Shown here one piece after another: positions 27,617-40,478 of a DNA stretch of 64,000 nt. The DNA comes from Sphyrna mokarran (taxonomy: Eukaryota). Every line of letters begins with the position of its first letter. The stretch's first letter is position 1. The notes under the pieces are model-generated. The model was given only the letters and a program-made list of their open reading frames with translations. It had not been told where the DNA came from and made no database searches. The stretch covers positions 8,060,001-8,124,000 of the forward strand of contig JAGIQG010000006.1 of assembly GCA_024679065.1 (NCBI GenBank). The letters are read 5' to 3'. Made by a program: the position numbers and the translations under genes.

Positions 27617-28068
27617 TCTGCACTCTTTCTAGTTCAATAATATCCTTTCTATAATAGGGTAACCAGAACTGTACACAGTATTCTAAGTATGGCCTTACCA
27701 ATGTCTTGTACGACTTCAACAAGATTTCCCAACTCCTGTATTCAACGTTCTGACCAATGAAACCAAGCATGCTGAATGCCTTCTTCACCACTCTCTCCAC
27801 CTGCGACTCCACTTTCAAGGAGCTATGAACCTGTATCTCTAAATTTCTTTGTTACATAATTCTCCCCAACACCCTATTAACTGAGTAAGTCCTGCCCTGT
27901 TTCAATCTACTAAAATGCATCACTTCACATTTATCTAAATTATACTCCATCCGCTAATGGTCAACCCATTGGCCCAGTTGATCAAGATCCTATTGCAATC
28001 CTAAATAACCTTCTCTACTGTCCACTATGCCATCAATCTTAGTGTCTTCTGCAAACTTACTAACCATG

Positions 28069-28278
28069 CTTTACCCAGAGGGTGGTAAGGGTATGGAATG
28101 CCCTGCCTGCTGCAGTTGTAGATGCGCTAAGTTTGGGGGCGTTTAAGAGGTCTGTGGATAGGTTTATGGACGAAAAGGGAATGGTTTAGGTTAGAGGGTC
28201 ATTGCTTTTTCTTAACTGGTAGGCGCAACATCGAGGGCCGAAGGGCCTGTTCTGCGCTGTAATGTTCTATGTTCTATG
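28069..28278 (+). mobile_element. CR1 family A 3' stub
   Basis: 3'UTR and tail. ATGC occurs at both junctions. Confidence 0.9.
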
Positions 28279-28439
28279 CCTCCTACATTCTCATTCAAAT
28301 CATTAATATAAATGACAAATAACAGTGGACCCAGCACCCAGCATGAATTCTGCCTGTTGTGTGCAGCAGAATCTTCAGCTGTGGGTTAATCGTGTAACGC
28401 AAACTCCACACCCATTCTACACACTGATCAATTTAATCC

Positions 28440-28824
28440 CATTCTGATAACAAGATTGGAAGCTAATGCAGCATCTTCCATTTTCACTTGATGCTGTGGT
28501 TTGTACCTTTGTTTCATAAATAGACGTGGTGTGTTAGTCACCAACACTTTATTCGCTTTCTCAGCTCAACATAAATAGGCTTAGTGTTTTCCAAACACAT
28601 CTGAAGAGGACTTGAAACTCTGTTTCTCTCTCCATAGTTGCTGACAGAGTTTCTCTGAAATTTCTAAAAAAATTAAACAGATTTCCTGTTACAGGTTGAG
28701 GGAGATTTTTATCAGTTCTGGGTGATTTCACAAGAAGTGAAGGAACATCTTGAGAACTTCCGTATTTCAGTGTCAAAAGTCAACGAACAGTGAGTGAAAA
28801 AGACAAAACATTGAAGAATTGGAG
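28440..28824 (+). promoter_or_regulatory. Putative promoter/5'UTR of the Ig receptor gene
   Basis: Non-repeat DNA with RUNX-type TGTGGTT (28495), GATA (28445) and ETS-type cores TTCCTG (~28683) and ACTTCC (~28756). Short motifs only. Confidence 0.3.
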
Positions 28825-28885
28825 ATGGGTTCTGTCTATGTTTGGCTTTCCACTGTCCTGCTGTCGGTCTCAGTGCGGGGTTTCA
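28825..28885 (+). CDS. Exon 1 (signal peptide) of a Siglec-15-like Ig receptor: MGSVYVWLSTVLLSVSVRGF
   Basis: ATG at 28825 followed by a hydrophobic leader. Phase-1 donor A|GTAGGT at 28886 matches the phase of the acceptor at 30283. Confidence 0.75.
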
Positions 28886-29529
28886 GTAGGTGCTTTCTAA
28901 TAATAATTTTTCAAATTTATTTTGTTGCCTACGTTGTCCTTTTTACTACATTGCTTCAGGGTTGAGAGCGAGTGAATGTCTAATACAGAGTTTGAGGAAC
29001 AGAGTAGAAAGATTGTCAGGTTTCTATCAAGATACAAAGAACATGGAACAGGCCATTCAGCCCTTCCAGCCTGTGCTCAGATTCAGTGCGATCAAGGCTG
29101 ATTAGTATCTTAATTCCATGGACTTGCCTTGGTTCCATCCTCTCAATATCCTTACCAAAAAGAAAACAATCCAACTCAGTTCTGAGATTTTCAATTGACC
29201 CCACAGCATCAACACCTTTTCAGGGAGAGATTTCCCAATTTTCACCAAAGTTTCAACACTGTTTCTGAAGAGGAGGTTTGCACTGTCGCTGCATCAGGAT
29301 TCTGAAACCCTTCAATTGGATTCCAGTCTGTGACTCATTCCATATTGCCCAATATCAGTCTGCAAACTATCTCAAATCTGTGAAAAACCTATGTTCACTC
29401 AATGTCAGATTTAGTATACTGAGTGTAACAATTACATTAACATGTTTAGTATCAGGGGATAGCTGTAAGACCCCTGTATTAGAGTAAAATTACATGCTAG
29501 ACAAATACTTATACCTTAAGGTCCTAATA

Positions 29530-29848
29530 CATAGAGTCATAGAAACCCTACAGTGGGGAAAGAGGCCATTCAGCCCATAGAGTCTGAACTGATCACAATC
29601 CCACCCAGGCCCTATCCCCACATATTTACCCACTAACCTATGCTTCCCAGGACATTAAGGGACAATTTAGCATGGCCAATTAACCTAACCTGCACACCTT
29701 CAGACTGAGGGAGAGAACCGGAGCACCCGGAGGAACCTCACGCAGACCGAGGAAGAATGTGCAAACTCCACACAGACAGTGACCCAAGCCGGGAATCGAA
29801 CCCAGGAGCTGTAAAGCAGCAGTGCTAACCACTGTGCCACCGTGTCAC
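29530..29848 (-). mobile_element. HE1-like V-SINE in intron 1
   Basis: Reverse A/B boxes (gggaatcgaaccc, agtgctaaccactgtgcc) and V-domain. Confidence 0.85.
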
Positions 29849-30283
29849 TGATACCAACAGAACTTGTCGGCAAGGTTGTTGACTAGTTAGGAAAAACAGA
29901 CAGTTCCCAGTTAGAAAACTGTGGACACGCTTTTGGATGAAGGGTTAATTATACACCTTCGTAGGCAAGATTGAAATTTTAAAAGAATGTTCGTTATACT
30001 GATTAATTGTATAAATAATTTGTATCTGTGACTTGGAGCAGAGTGTTGTATTAGAATGTTCTCCCTGTGGTTAGCATGCTGTGTTAGAGCTGGATCAGAG
30101 GAAGATGCTACTACACAGGTTTCTCTGAGGCAATCCCTGTTGGAAACATGAATAAACTTTTGTAACCTGCCCCTGTGGCTAATTGGAAGAATTCACTCAC
30201 CGCTGAGGCCAGCAGATTGATTTTGAAACACTGATGTCTGTCCCTGCACTATTTTAATATTCTCTCTCTCTCTCTCTCCACAG

Positions 30284-30691
30284 CTCATTCTGAGAATGGT
30301 TGGTCAATGACAGTAGCAGATGAAGTGAATGTTGAGAACGGGGGATCCGCTGTCCTGCCGTGTACTTTCACCCACCCACCCACTAATCTCACACTCACCG
30401 GCTCCGTGATATGGTTCACCAAACCCCCAGGCGATAAGATTGAACGAAAGAATATTATCTTTAATTGTACATACCCGGGTACAGAGCACCCACGGGGTGA
30501 ACTGTGTGAGAATAGGAAACAGCGGGATTGGAGGAATCGATTCAGATTCGTGGGGAACCTCAACAATAACGATTTATCAATAATGATGGAGCGGCTGAGC
30601 TGGGAGGATGGGAACGTGAGATATCACTGCTGTGTGGAACTCAACATTGACAAGTTACAAATACCGACAGGAACCACTCTGGATCTGAGAA
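30284..30691 (+). CDS. Exon 2: Siglec-15-like V-set Ig domain (D1)
   Basis: (TC)n tract + CAG acceptor and A|GTAAGG donor, phase 1/1. Translation WSMTV..SAVLPCTFTHP..IW..FNC..GELC..RFRFVGNLNNNDLSIMMERL..YHCCVEL parallels Siglec-15 as recalled (WSMQV..AVLPCTFTHP..FRC..GSELC..RFRLLGNPRRNDLSLRVERL..YFCRVEF). Confidence 0.9.
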
Positions 30692-30702
30692 GTAAGGATC
30701 GA

Positions 30703-31690
30703 TGAGGGGAGAGGGGAGGAAAGAGGGAGGGAAGTGGGGGAGGGGAAGGCAGGGAGAGGGGGGAGGGGGAATTCCCCCTCCCCGCACTTCTCCCTCCCAA
30801 ATTCCCCCCTCCCACATCCCCCCATTCACCCATTCCCCCTCCCAAACACATTCCCCCCTCCCCACAATTCCACCCTCCCCCACAAATTCCCCCCATCCCC
30901 CAATTGAAGTTAACTGTTTGGGTTTTCATGATTTGGCTGGTTTTAAAAACCTGCTTATGTCCACCAAACGGAGCACCTCCCCAGATTGCATTCATTGCCT
31001 CATGGTAAATTGCTGAAATTTGTGGACTTCTGGACCAACCCCAAAGTCTCCCTCCCCCTCACTGTCCCCCTTCCCAGCCAGCCCCAATCTTCCTGTCCCA
31101 CCCTAGCCAGCTCTGAAGCTCCCACAACAGACTTCAGCCTCACCCAAATGCTGATAACTGACCCTGAGACCCCCGCCAACCCTTCCCCTCCCCTTCCCAT
31201 CCCTCCCGTTTGCTTTCCTCCCCTTCCCTCCCCTCCCCTTCCCTTCTCACCCCTCCCGTCCTCTCCTCTCCCCTCCCCCTCTGATGGTCAGTAGCACAAA
31301 AGATGAGGAGGAGGGAAGGGGAAAGGTGGAGGAGGGGAGGGGAAGGGTGGAGCAAGAGGGGAGGTGAGGGAGAAGGGAGAGGAGTATGGGAGGGAGAGGG
31401 GAGAGGAGGAGGGGAGGGAGGGGGAGGGAAAGGGGTGAGAAAGAGGGAAAGAGCAGGAGGAGAGGGGGAGAAGAGGGAGAGAGAGGGGAGAGAATGTGAG
31501 AGGTGGAGGGGAGGGAGAGGGCATGGGGAGGGAGGGAGGGAGAGGAGACACAGGGGGAGGGAGGGGAAGGAACACATCTCCATATTCCCCTCCCCCACAT
31601 CCTCTCCCTTCTGCTCCCCCTCCCTCTTCCCCCTCCCCCACCAGCCCAATGGTCAGCCCTGATAGCCCTCACTTCCTCCCTCCCCCACCG
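30703..31690. repeat. Alternating polypurine/polypyrimidine low-complexity tracts
   Basis: GA-rich 30703-30770 and 31300-31570; CT-rich 30773-30900, 31180-31280 and 31580-31690. Confidence 0.9.
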
Positions 31691-32344
31691 ATTCTCTTGC
31701 ATACAAGCAGCAAACGGTTCCACCCCACACCACCCCACTCCCCAGAACGCTCTGCCCCTTCTGATCCTGCCTCCTGGGCACTGCCAGGCTGGCACTGCCC
31801 AAGGGGCACTCTACCTTATTCCTGACCTCCCTGGGGGGCCTCAGTTCTCTCCAGTGGCATTGGGAGCCTGTTCCCTGTTCATGGGAAGCAGTTGTAAACA
31901 TTGCTGGAAGGAACCACTCCTGGTGGTGGAGCAGATACTAGTGAGTCCAGAGAATATTGTCCTGGGCTCGCTGATCATATTGAAATTCAGAATTCAACAT
32001 GCTAATCAACTCCGGAGTGATTTCTGACACGCAGTTGATGATGCTAAAAAACGCAGCCTGGGAAATGCACAGAGGCTCGAGGGCCCAGTATGAATCCCAC
32101 AAAATTCTGCTCCTGGTGTTTCCTGGCTGCGTTAATCGAGTAGCGCAGAGAATCCCGGCCATTAACTTCATTATTATTCACTTGGAAGACCGGTGTGACT
32201 TCTTCTCAGTTTGAATCTGATGAGGAGAGTTTGGAGTTTGTAGGAGAATCTACTGTTGTTCTCAGTCTCTTATTGCAAAAGAAAGTAACCAGCAAATTAG
32301 CTTGGGAATATTGAAGAAGTAACACAAGAAATTTTTGAAGTTCA

Positions 32345-32630
32345 TTTATTGAGGGTACAAGTAAGGCTTAACACTGCAATGAAGTTACTGTGAAAATCTC
32401 CTAGTCGCCACACTGTAGCGCCTGTTCAGGTACACTGATGGGGAATTCAGCATGGCCAATTCACCCTGACTCACACACCTTTCAGACTGTGGAAGGAAAC
32501 CGGAGCATCCGGAGGAAACCCACGCAGACATAGGGAGAATGTGCAAACTCCATACAGACAGTGACTCAAACCAGGAATTAAATCCCGGTTCCTGGTGCTG
32601 TGAGGCAGCAGTACTAACCATTGTACCACT
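32345..32630 (-). mobile_element. V-SINE with a non-CR1-type 3' tail
   Basis: tRNA-like head and V-domain, but the tail differs from the HE1-like copies. A tail fragment also occurs at ~47870-47925. Confidence 0.75.
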
Positions 32631-32758
32631 GTTCTTGCCCTTAGGGACTGAAATCTCCACAATAAAGAAAAGGGTAGGAGAAAGATTTGCCTCTAAGAAT
32701 AGCTGGAGCTGAAGAGAATTTTTTTAGAGAAATGTGGCATTATGAGTGGTTCCCACAG

Positions 32759-34545
32759 AAATAACAACATAAGAAATAGGAGCAGGAGTCGGTCATTTAG
32801 CCCCTCGAACCTGCCTCGCCATTCAATAAGATCATGCTGATCTGATAGTGGTTCAGTTCCACCTCCTCCCCATAACCCTTAATTCCCTTCCTGGTCAGAA
32901 ATCTATCTACCTGTGACTTAAACACATTTAACGAGGTAGCCTCCACCACTTCAATGGCAGAGAATTCCAAAGATTTACTACCCCTTGAGTGAAGAAGTTC
33001 CTCCTCGACTCTGTTCTAAACTGTACCTCCCCCTCATTATTTTCAGACTATGTCCTCTGGTTCTGTTTTCCTTTCTGAGTGGAAAGAATCTCTCTATCTC
33101 TATTCTATCTAGCCCCTTTGTAATCTTCTACGTCTCTATAAGCTCTCCTCTCAGCTTTCTAAACTCCAACGAGTACAGGCCCAATCTACCCAGTCTCTCC
33201 TCATAAGCTAACTCCCTCATCTCCGGTATCAACCTGGTGAACCTTATCTGTACTCCCTCCAAGGCCAGTATATCCTTTCGCAAATAAGGGGACCAAAACT
33301 GCACACAGTACTCCAGTTGCGGCCTCACCCGTGGCTTGTACAATTGCAGCAAGACCTCCCTGCTTTTATAATCCATCTCCCTCGTGATAAAGGCCAGAAT
33401 TCCATCTGCCTTCTTGTTCACCTACAAACTGGGTTTTTGCGATTCATGCACAAGGATCCCCAGATCCATGTGGTGATTTTTCACCATTTAAATAATAGTC
33501 CATTTTACTATTATTCCTCCCAAAGTGGATAACCTCACACTTGTCAATGTTATACTCCATCTACCAGGTCCTCGCCCACTCACAGCCCATCCAAATCTCT
33601 CTGCAGACTTTCCACGTCCTCCACACAATTTGCTTTCCCACTCATCTTTGTGTCATCCGCAAACTTTGTCATCCTACACTCAGTCCCCTCCTCCAGATCA
33701 TCTTTGTATATGGTAAATACCATCTGGAAAAGCATCTAATTATTCCAACTCTCTGCTTCCTATTAGATAGCCAATCCTTAATACACGCTAACACTTTACC
33801 CCCAACACCATGCACCTTAATTTTCTGCAGCAACTTTTTGTGAGGCATCTTATCAAATGCCTTCTGGAAATCTAAAAACACCACATTCACCGGTTCCCCT
33901 CTGTCAAACGCATTCATTACATCTTCATAAAAATCCTGTAAATTCTTCAAACACGACTTTCCCATCATGAATCCATGCTGCGTACTCTTGATTGAACCAT
34001 TCTTTTCCAGGTGTCCTGTTATTTCTTCTTTAATGATGGATTCCAGCATTTTCCCAACTATGGACATTAAGCTAACCAGCCTGTACTTACACGCCTTTTG
34101 TTTACCTCCTTTTTTAAATAGTGGCATCACATTAGCTATTTTCCAATCAGCTTGCACCTCTCCAGAGTCTAGTTGATAAATTACAACTAACGCATCTGCT
34201 ATTACTTCTGCCATTTCTTTCAGTACTCTGGGATGCATTCCATCCGGGCCCGGGGACTTGTCTACCTTTAGTCCCATTAGTTTTCCTGCACTACCTCTTT
34301 TAGTAATAGTAATCATTTTGATGTCCTCACTTCCTACAGCCCTATGACTGTTAATTATCGGTAAACTATTTGTGTCCTCTACCATGAAGACTGACACAAA
34401 AAACTTGTTCAAGGCCTCAGTTATTTCCTCGTTTCTCATTATTAAATCCCCCTTCTCGTCTTCTAAGGGTCCAACATTTACTTTAGCCACTCTTTTCCTT
34501 TTTATATATTTGTAAAAACTTTTACTATCAGTTTTTATATTTTGT
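32759..34545 (-). mobile_element. CR1 family E, 5'-truncated with an internal deletion
   Basis: ORFs 33669-34490 and 33128-33421. Confidence 0.92.
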
Positions 34546-34850
34546 AATATTTTTATTTATATTTATTTATTTCATTTATAGTTTTTATTTATATTTTATA
34601 AATTAATCACTCCAAGATTGATATGTCTTATAAGAGAATTCTTGGGAAAAGTATGAAATAAACCGAGTGCCTAATGTCTCTAGTTATAAATTATATTGTT
34701 GTTAATCATTTTGTTTTGTTAAAAGTGAAACCTTGTGGCATAGTTTAATTGGTTAAACAAGATATTGGGATTTCATTTGAAATATTAATGATCTGTAATA
34801 GAATCAGGACATCATCCAGACACTGATTGATCTGTTTGTCCTTTCCTCAG

Positions 34851-35198
34851 GTACTAGTGGAAATGACCCTGTGGTGAATGGGACTGAGGGAGCTTCGGTT
34901 ACATTGCCCTGTATGTTCACATTGAACGAATATTACACCCTGTCCACTGTTAGCTGGATGAGGAAGGAGCCCTACCAACACGTGGTCACATTTAGAGCCC
35001 AATCAAATGGATCATGGACAACTGTAAATGGTGAAAATCGATACGAGCTCATTGGGAGCCCAAAGGAGGGAAATGCCTCAATTAGGATAAACCAGCTGAA
35101 TGTGATTGACAATAACACTTACCTGTGTCTGGTGAATTACACATTGGATAAAGATCAACATCTAATCCTGACTGAGATACAGCTGCAGATCATACATG
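34851..35198 (+). CDS. Exon 3: second V-set Ig domain (D2)
   Basis: ctttcctcag acceptor and G|GTAAGA donor, phase 1/1. Motifs GASVTLPC, VSW, GNASIRI, DNNTYLC. Confidence 0.88.
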
Positions 35199-35744
35199 GT
35201 AAGAAATCATTGCTGCGTTCTCCAATGTATAGAGAATAACATTAATGGCAGCTGGTAATGGCAAATTGTCAAGTGCTGTGCATCAATTGATAACACTCAC
35301 ACTCTCAATCAGAAAGCCATGGATTCAATCCCACTGCAGAGATTTGGGCGCAAACAGAGAGTAGGAGATAAGACTGACATTTCAATCTACCACTGAGGGA
35401 GTTGGAGTTGGCATCATTCAGATGTATTGTTAAATGGAGGTCCTGGCTACCTTCTGAGACGCATGTAGCAGATTCTGCAGCACCATTTTGAGGAAGAGAA
35501 TTAGAGTTATCCCTGACATTGTGGCCAATATTACATACAAACACGCAAATTAGAAGCAGGAGTTGGCCATTCATCCCCTTGAACTTGCTCTATCATTCAG
35601 TATCATCACTGGTCAGCTGATTTTGGCCCTTGTGGTTGCTAACTTTAAAAATACACAATAACCCATCCTCCATCATTGTATGGGGAAGAGAATTCTACAG
35701 ACTCAGGAACCTCTGAGATTTAAAAAAAAAAGCTCTAATTCCAC

Positions 35745-37600
35745 TTGCCAGCATTTGGTCCAAAGCCTTGAATATTATGGTATGTCAAGTACTCATCCAG
35801 GTGGGAAATCCTGCCTCCACCACCCTCCTTGGCAGCACATTCCAGTCTGTCACTACCCTCTGGATAAACAAGTTTTTCCTCAAATCTCCTAGCCCTCACT
35901 TTTAACTTGTGTTCCCCTTGTAACTGTATCTTTAACTAAGGGGAACAGCTGCTCCCTATCCACCCTGTCCATGCCCCTCATAAACTTGAACACCTCAATC
36001 AGGTTGCTTCTTAGACTTCTCTACTCCAACAAAAACAACTCAAGCCTATCCAATGTCTCTTTATAATTAAGATGTTCCATCCCAGACAACATTGTGGTGA
36101 ATTTCCTCTGCACCACTTCCAGGGCAATCACATCCTTCCTATAACATGATGACCAGAACTGCCTACAGTACTCCAGCTGTGGCCTCACCACCATCCTGTA
36201 CAACTCTATAGTGACCTTTCTGCTCTTGTAACCTATGCTCAGATTGATAAAGGTATGTGTATCCTATACCTTTTTCACTACCCTATTAAACTGCCTTTCC
36301 ACCTTCAGAAATCTATCGGGGGAGAGGGGGAGTTGGGAGAGTTCCCATTGTTCTTCCGAATCTCCCCCAGTGTCAGAGGTTTCATAGCATAATTCATGTC
36401 AAATTATTCCTTCCAAATTGCACCACCTCACACTTTTCAGCGTTAAATTCTGTCTACCTCTTATCCTCCTATTTGACCATTTTGTTTATATCTTCCTGTA
36501 ACTCAAGACACCCAACCTCACTGTTAACCACCCGGCCAATCTTTGTGTCATCAGCAAATTTACAGATCCTGCTCTCCACATAGTCAATGTGTCATTTATA
36601 TAAATGATGAACAATGGGTCGCCCAGCACGGATCCGTGTGTTACGCCACTGGTTACTGGCCTCCAGTCACTAAAGCAGCAGTCTGTCATCACCCTCTGTT
36701 TTCTACCACGAAGCCAATTATGTATCCACCTTGTCAAATCATCCTGTATCCCATGTGCATTTTAATAAGTCTCCCACATGGGACTTTGTCAAAGACTTTG
36801 CTGAAATCCATGTAAATTACATCTCCATACCCTCCTTATCTACACACTTGATTACATGCTCAAAAATTTCAATCAAATTTGTTAGGCATGACTTCCCTCT
36901 GACAAAACCATGCTGACTATTCCTGATCAAACCTTGCCTCTCGAAATGGAGACAAATTCTCCCTTCAGAATCTTCTCCAGCAGTTCCCCAATCACAGACG
37001 TGAGGGTCAATGGTCTGCAGTTTCCTCTACAATCTTTCTTAAATATTAGCTATTTTCCAGTCCTCTGGCACCTCTCCAGTGGCCAGGAAGGATTTAAAAA
37101 TTTGGGTCGGAGCCTCTGCAATTTCCTCCCTTGCCTTCCAATTCATTTAGACCTGGAGATTTCTCCACTTTTAAACCCTTCAATACTTTGTCACTCCCAA
37201 TGATAATTTTCTCTAGTGCCTCACAGTCTCTCCCCCTCAGTTCCATAACCACCACTTCATTGTCTGGGTAAAGACAGATGTAAAATATTCATTTAACACC
37301 TTACCAATGTCCTCTGCCTCTATCCACAGATTTCTCCTTGATCCTTAATGGGCCCTACTCTTTCCCTAGTTATCCTCTTCCCTTTGATATATTTATAGAA
37401 TACCTTACGATTTTCCCTGCTATTGCCAGTCAGAGCTTTCTCATATCCCCTCTTTGCGTTCCTACTTGATTTTTTAAGCTCCATCCTGCACTTTCTGTTC
37501 TCCGCTAATGCTTCCGCAGACTTATTCCCCATATACTTATTAAAAGACTCTCTTTTCCTTCTCATTGTATCCTGAATATCTCTGGTCATCCATGGTTCTT
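35745..37600 (-). mobile_element. Old CR1 ORF2 fragment
   Basis: ORFs 36021-36203, 36486-36737 and 37320-37589. Confidence 0.85.
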
Positions 37601-37852
37601 TGTTACAAACCTATGAGGAGGGGTGACTGACTCTGTTTTTAATGAATTCACCTTGTGCTAGTAGCAACAAAGGTTTAATCAAATAAGGTCTCCTTTTCCT
37701 TGAGAATCTTTCCTAGACCCAATCACTATGTTTAAAATTGAGCCAAATTAACCAGGCTTTCTAGAGTTAAAATTAACTATTAAAATGGTCAGAAGAAATG
37801 GTAAAACACATGCATCTACAATCCTGTAAATTAGAAGTAAGATTTGTGTCCA

Positions 37853-40478
37853 ACAGTAAGGAAATGGTTGTAGTTGTGGAGGGTCTTTTCTACATGGAAG
37901 TCAGTCACTAGTGGAGTGCCCCAGGGATCAGTTCTGGGACTCTTGCTGTTTGTAATGTTCATAAATGACCTGGATGAGGAAGTGGAGGGATGAGTTGGTA
38001 AGTTTGCCAACGACACAAAGGTCGGAGGTGTTGTGGATAGTTTGGAGGGATATCAAAAGTTGCAGTGTGACATAGATAGGATGCAAGACTGGGCGGAGAA
38101 GTGACAGATAGACTTCAACCCAGATAAATGTGTAGTGATCCATTTTGGCAGGTCGAATGGGATAAAGGATTATAATATCAAAGGTAAGAATCTTAGCATT
38201 GTATAGGATCAGAAGGACAAAGAACAAAGAAGAACAAAGAACAAAACAGCACGGGAAACAGGCCCTTTGGCCCAATGAGCCCGTGCCGCCACTTCGATAT
38301 TCCCACTTCTACCTGTGATCCCTGTCTATGTTTATAGATCTATGCATTAGAACAAAATTTGAGACAATTTAGGGAGCATTTGTTCTGCCTGTCAGCCTAA
38401 GAGCACAACTTTGGAATGTGGGAAGAAACCGGAGCACCCGGAGAAAACCCACGCAAGCATGGGGAGAATGCGCAAACTCCCACAGACACAGGCCCAAATC
38501 CATGTATCTGCACAGCACAACGATAGTCACTGAGCTGTCGTGTTGCCCATCAACTGGTCCAGGTCAAGTGTACACTAATGACGTGAAGCACTAGGATACT
38601 CTCGAAAAATCCAACAGCAGCCCTCTCACGACCCATCGCATGTATGCCCCTTGTTAGACAACAAGGTGGACCAAAATATCTATAGGATAAAACAAATACA
38701 TCAATATCATTGACAATTTACACACTTTCCAGAGAACTCCCAAGGGTCATGATCCCTATTTTAAATCAGTTTTCTATACCCCTCCATTCCCATTCTGTTC
38801 ATGTGCTCATCTAAGTATCTCTTAAATAACTCCAGAGTATCTGCCTCCACCACTTTACTTGGCAGCGCATTCCATACCCCCACACCCTCTGTGTGAAAAA
38901 ACTCCCTCTAGCATCCAAATTATACCTTACCCCCCTCACCCTAAGCCCGTGATCCCTCGTGCTATTTGAGTCCATCCTAGGAAACAGCTTAACCCTGTTC
39001 ACTCTATCTATACCCCTCATAATCTTGTACACCTCTATCAGATCTCCTCTAAGTCTACGTCTTTCGAAGGAAAGTAGCCCCAATTTGCTTAACATCTGCT
39101 CATAACTCAGACCTTCCATACCAGTCAGCATCCTGGTAAACCTCCTCTGCACTCTCTCCAGTGTCTCCACGTCCTTCCGGTAGTAAAGTGACCAGAACTG
39201 GATGCAGTATTCCAAATGAGTTCTAACCAATGTTTTATACAACTGCAACATTAAAGGCCAACTCTTGTACTCTATAACCCTTCCTATAAAGGCTAGCATA
39301 CTATATGCTTTCTTCACAACCTTCTCCACCTGCTCAGCCACCTTCAGAGACTTGTGCACCTGTATCCCCAGATCCCTCTGCATTTCTATACTCTTAATAG
39401 GTCTACCTTTTATCATGTACCTCCCCTCTACATTCTTTCTCCCGAAATGCATCACCTCACATTTATCAGGATTGAATTCCATCTGCCATCTGTCTGCCCA
39501 AGCTACCAGCCTATCTATGTCCTGCTGCATCGCCTGACAATGCTCCTCACTATCTGCAAGTCTAGCCATCTTTGTATCGTCTGCAAACTTGCTGATCACT
39601 CCACTTACTCCCTCTTCCAAGTCATTTATATATATTACAAATAGAAGAGATCCCAGTACCGAGCCCTGCGGCACACCACTAGTGACCGACCTCCAGCTAG
39701 AGAAACACCCTTCCACTATTACTCTCTGTCTCCTATTACCAAGCCAGTTAATTATCCATCTAGCTATCTGTCCTTGATTGATACGCTATCCATCTTGGAT
39801 AGTTTATCCTTGTGGTTCGGGTCCATAGGACTCTTAAATCGGCCTTGCAGGTGGAGAATGTGGTCAAAAAAGCATATAACAAAGTAGTCTTCATTAGGGA
39901 TTGAGTTGAGGAGTTGGGAAATAATGCTGCAGCTTTATAAGACCCTAGTCAGACCCCACTGTGCGCGGTTCTGGTCGCCTCATTACAGGACAGATGCGGA
40001 AGCTATTGAAAGAATGCAGTGGAGATTTACGAGGATGTTGCCTGGATTGGGTGGCATGCCTTATGAGGATAGGTTGAGGGAGCTAGGTCTTTTCTCCCTG
40101 GAGAGATGAAGGATGAGAGGTGACCTGATAGAGGTTTATAAAATGTTGAGAGGTAAAGATAGGGTAGATTCTGAGAGGCTATTTCCAAGGCTGACATGGT
40201 CGCTACGAGAGGACACAGGTTTAAGGTGCTGGGGAGTAGGTACAGAGGAGATGTCAGGGGTAAGTTTTTCACTCAGAGGGTGGTGGGTGAGTGGAATCGG
40301 CTGCCATTGGTGGTGGTGGAGGCAAACTCGTTGGGGGCTTTTAAGAGATTCCGGATGAGTACATGGGACTTAATGGGATTGAGGGTTATAGATAGGCCTA
40401 GTAGGTAGGGTTATGATCGGCGTAACTTGTGGCCAAAGGGCCTGTTTGTGCTGTAGTGTTCTATGTTTTATGTTCTAT
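37853..40478 (+). mobile_element. CR1 family C 3' part, split by a family B insertion (pieces 37853-38218, ~39808-40478)
   Basis: Collinear with the reverse complement of 42634-43700, with a TTCTATG tail. Confidence 0.85.
38219..39776 (-). mobile_element. CR1 family B: 301-aa RT C-terminal ORF plus full ~600-nt composite 3'UTR
   Basis: ORF 38811-39716 runs directly into the structured UTR, SINE body and TTCTTTG tail. Confidence 0.94.

Larger units (their letters stand above)
24545..28340 (-). mobile_element. CR1 (distinct family) split by two family A insertions (pieces 24545-25020, 27617-28068, 28279-28340)
   Basis: ORFs 24655-24888 and 27597-27818 are collinear across the insertion. TTCTG is duplicated at the junctions. 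Confidence 0.85.

Noticed and set aside
28888-28895. Alternative exon 1 donor AG|GTGCTT
   Set aside because: Phase 2, which is out of frame with the V-set exon.
30624-32027. Pro/Gly/Glu-rich ORFs on both strands
   Set aside because: Products of stop-poor low-complexity R/Y tracts.
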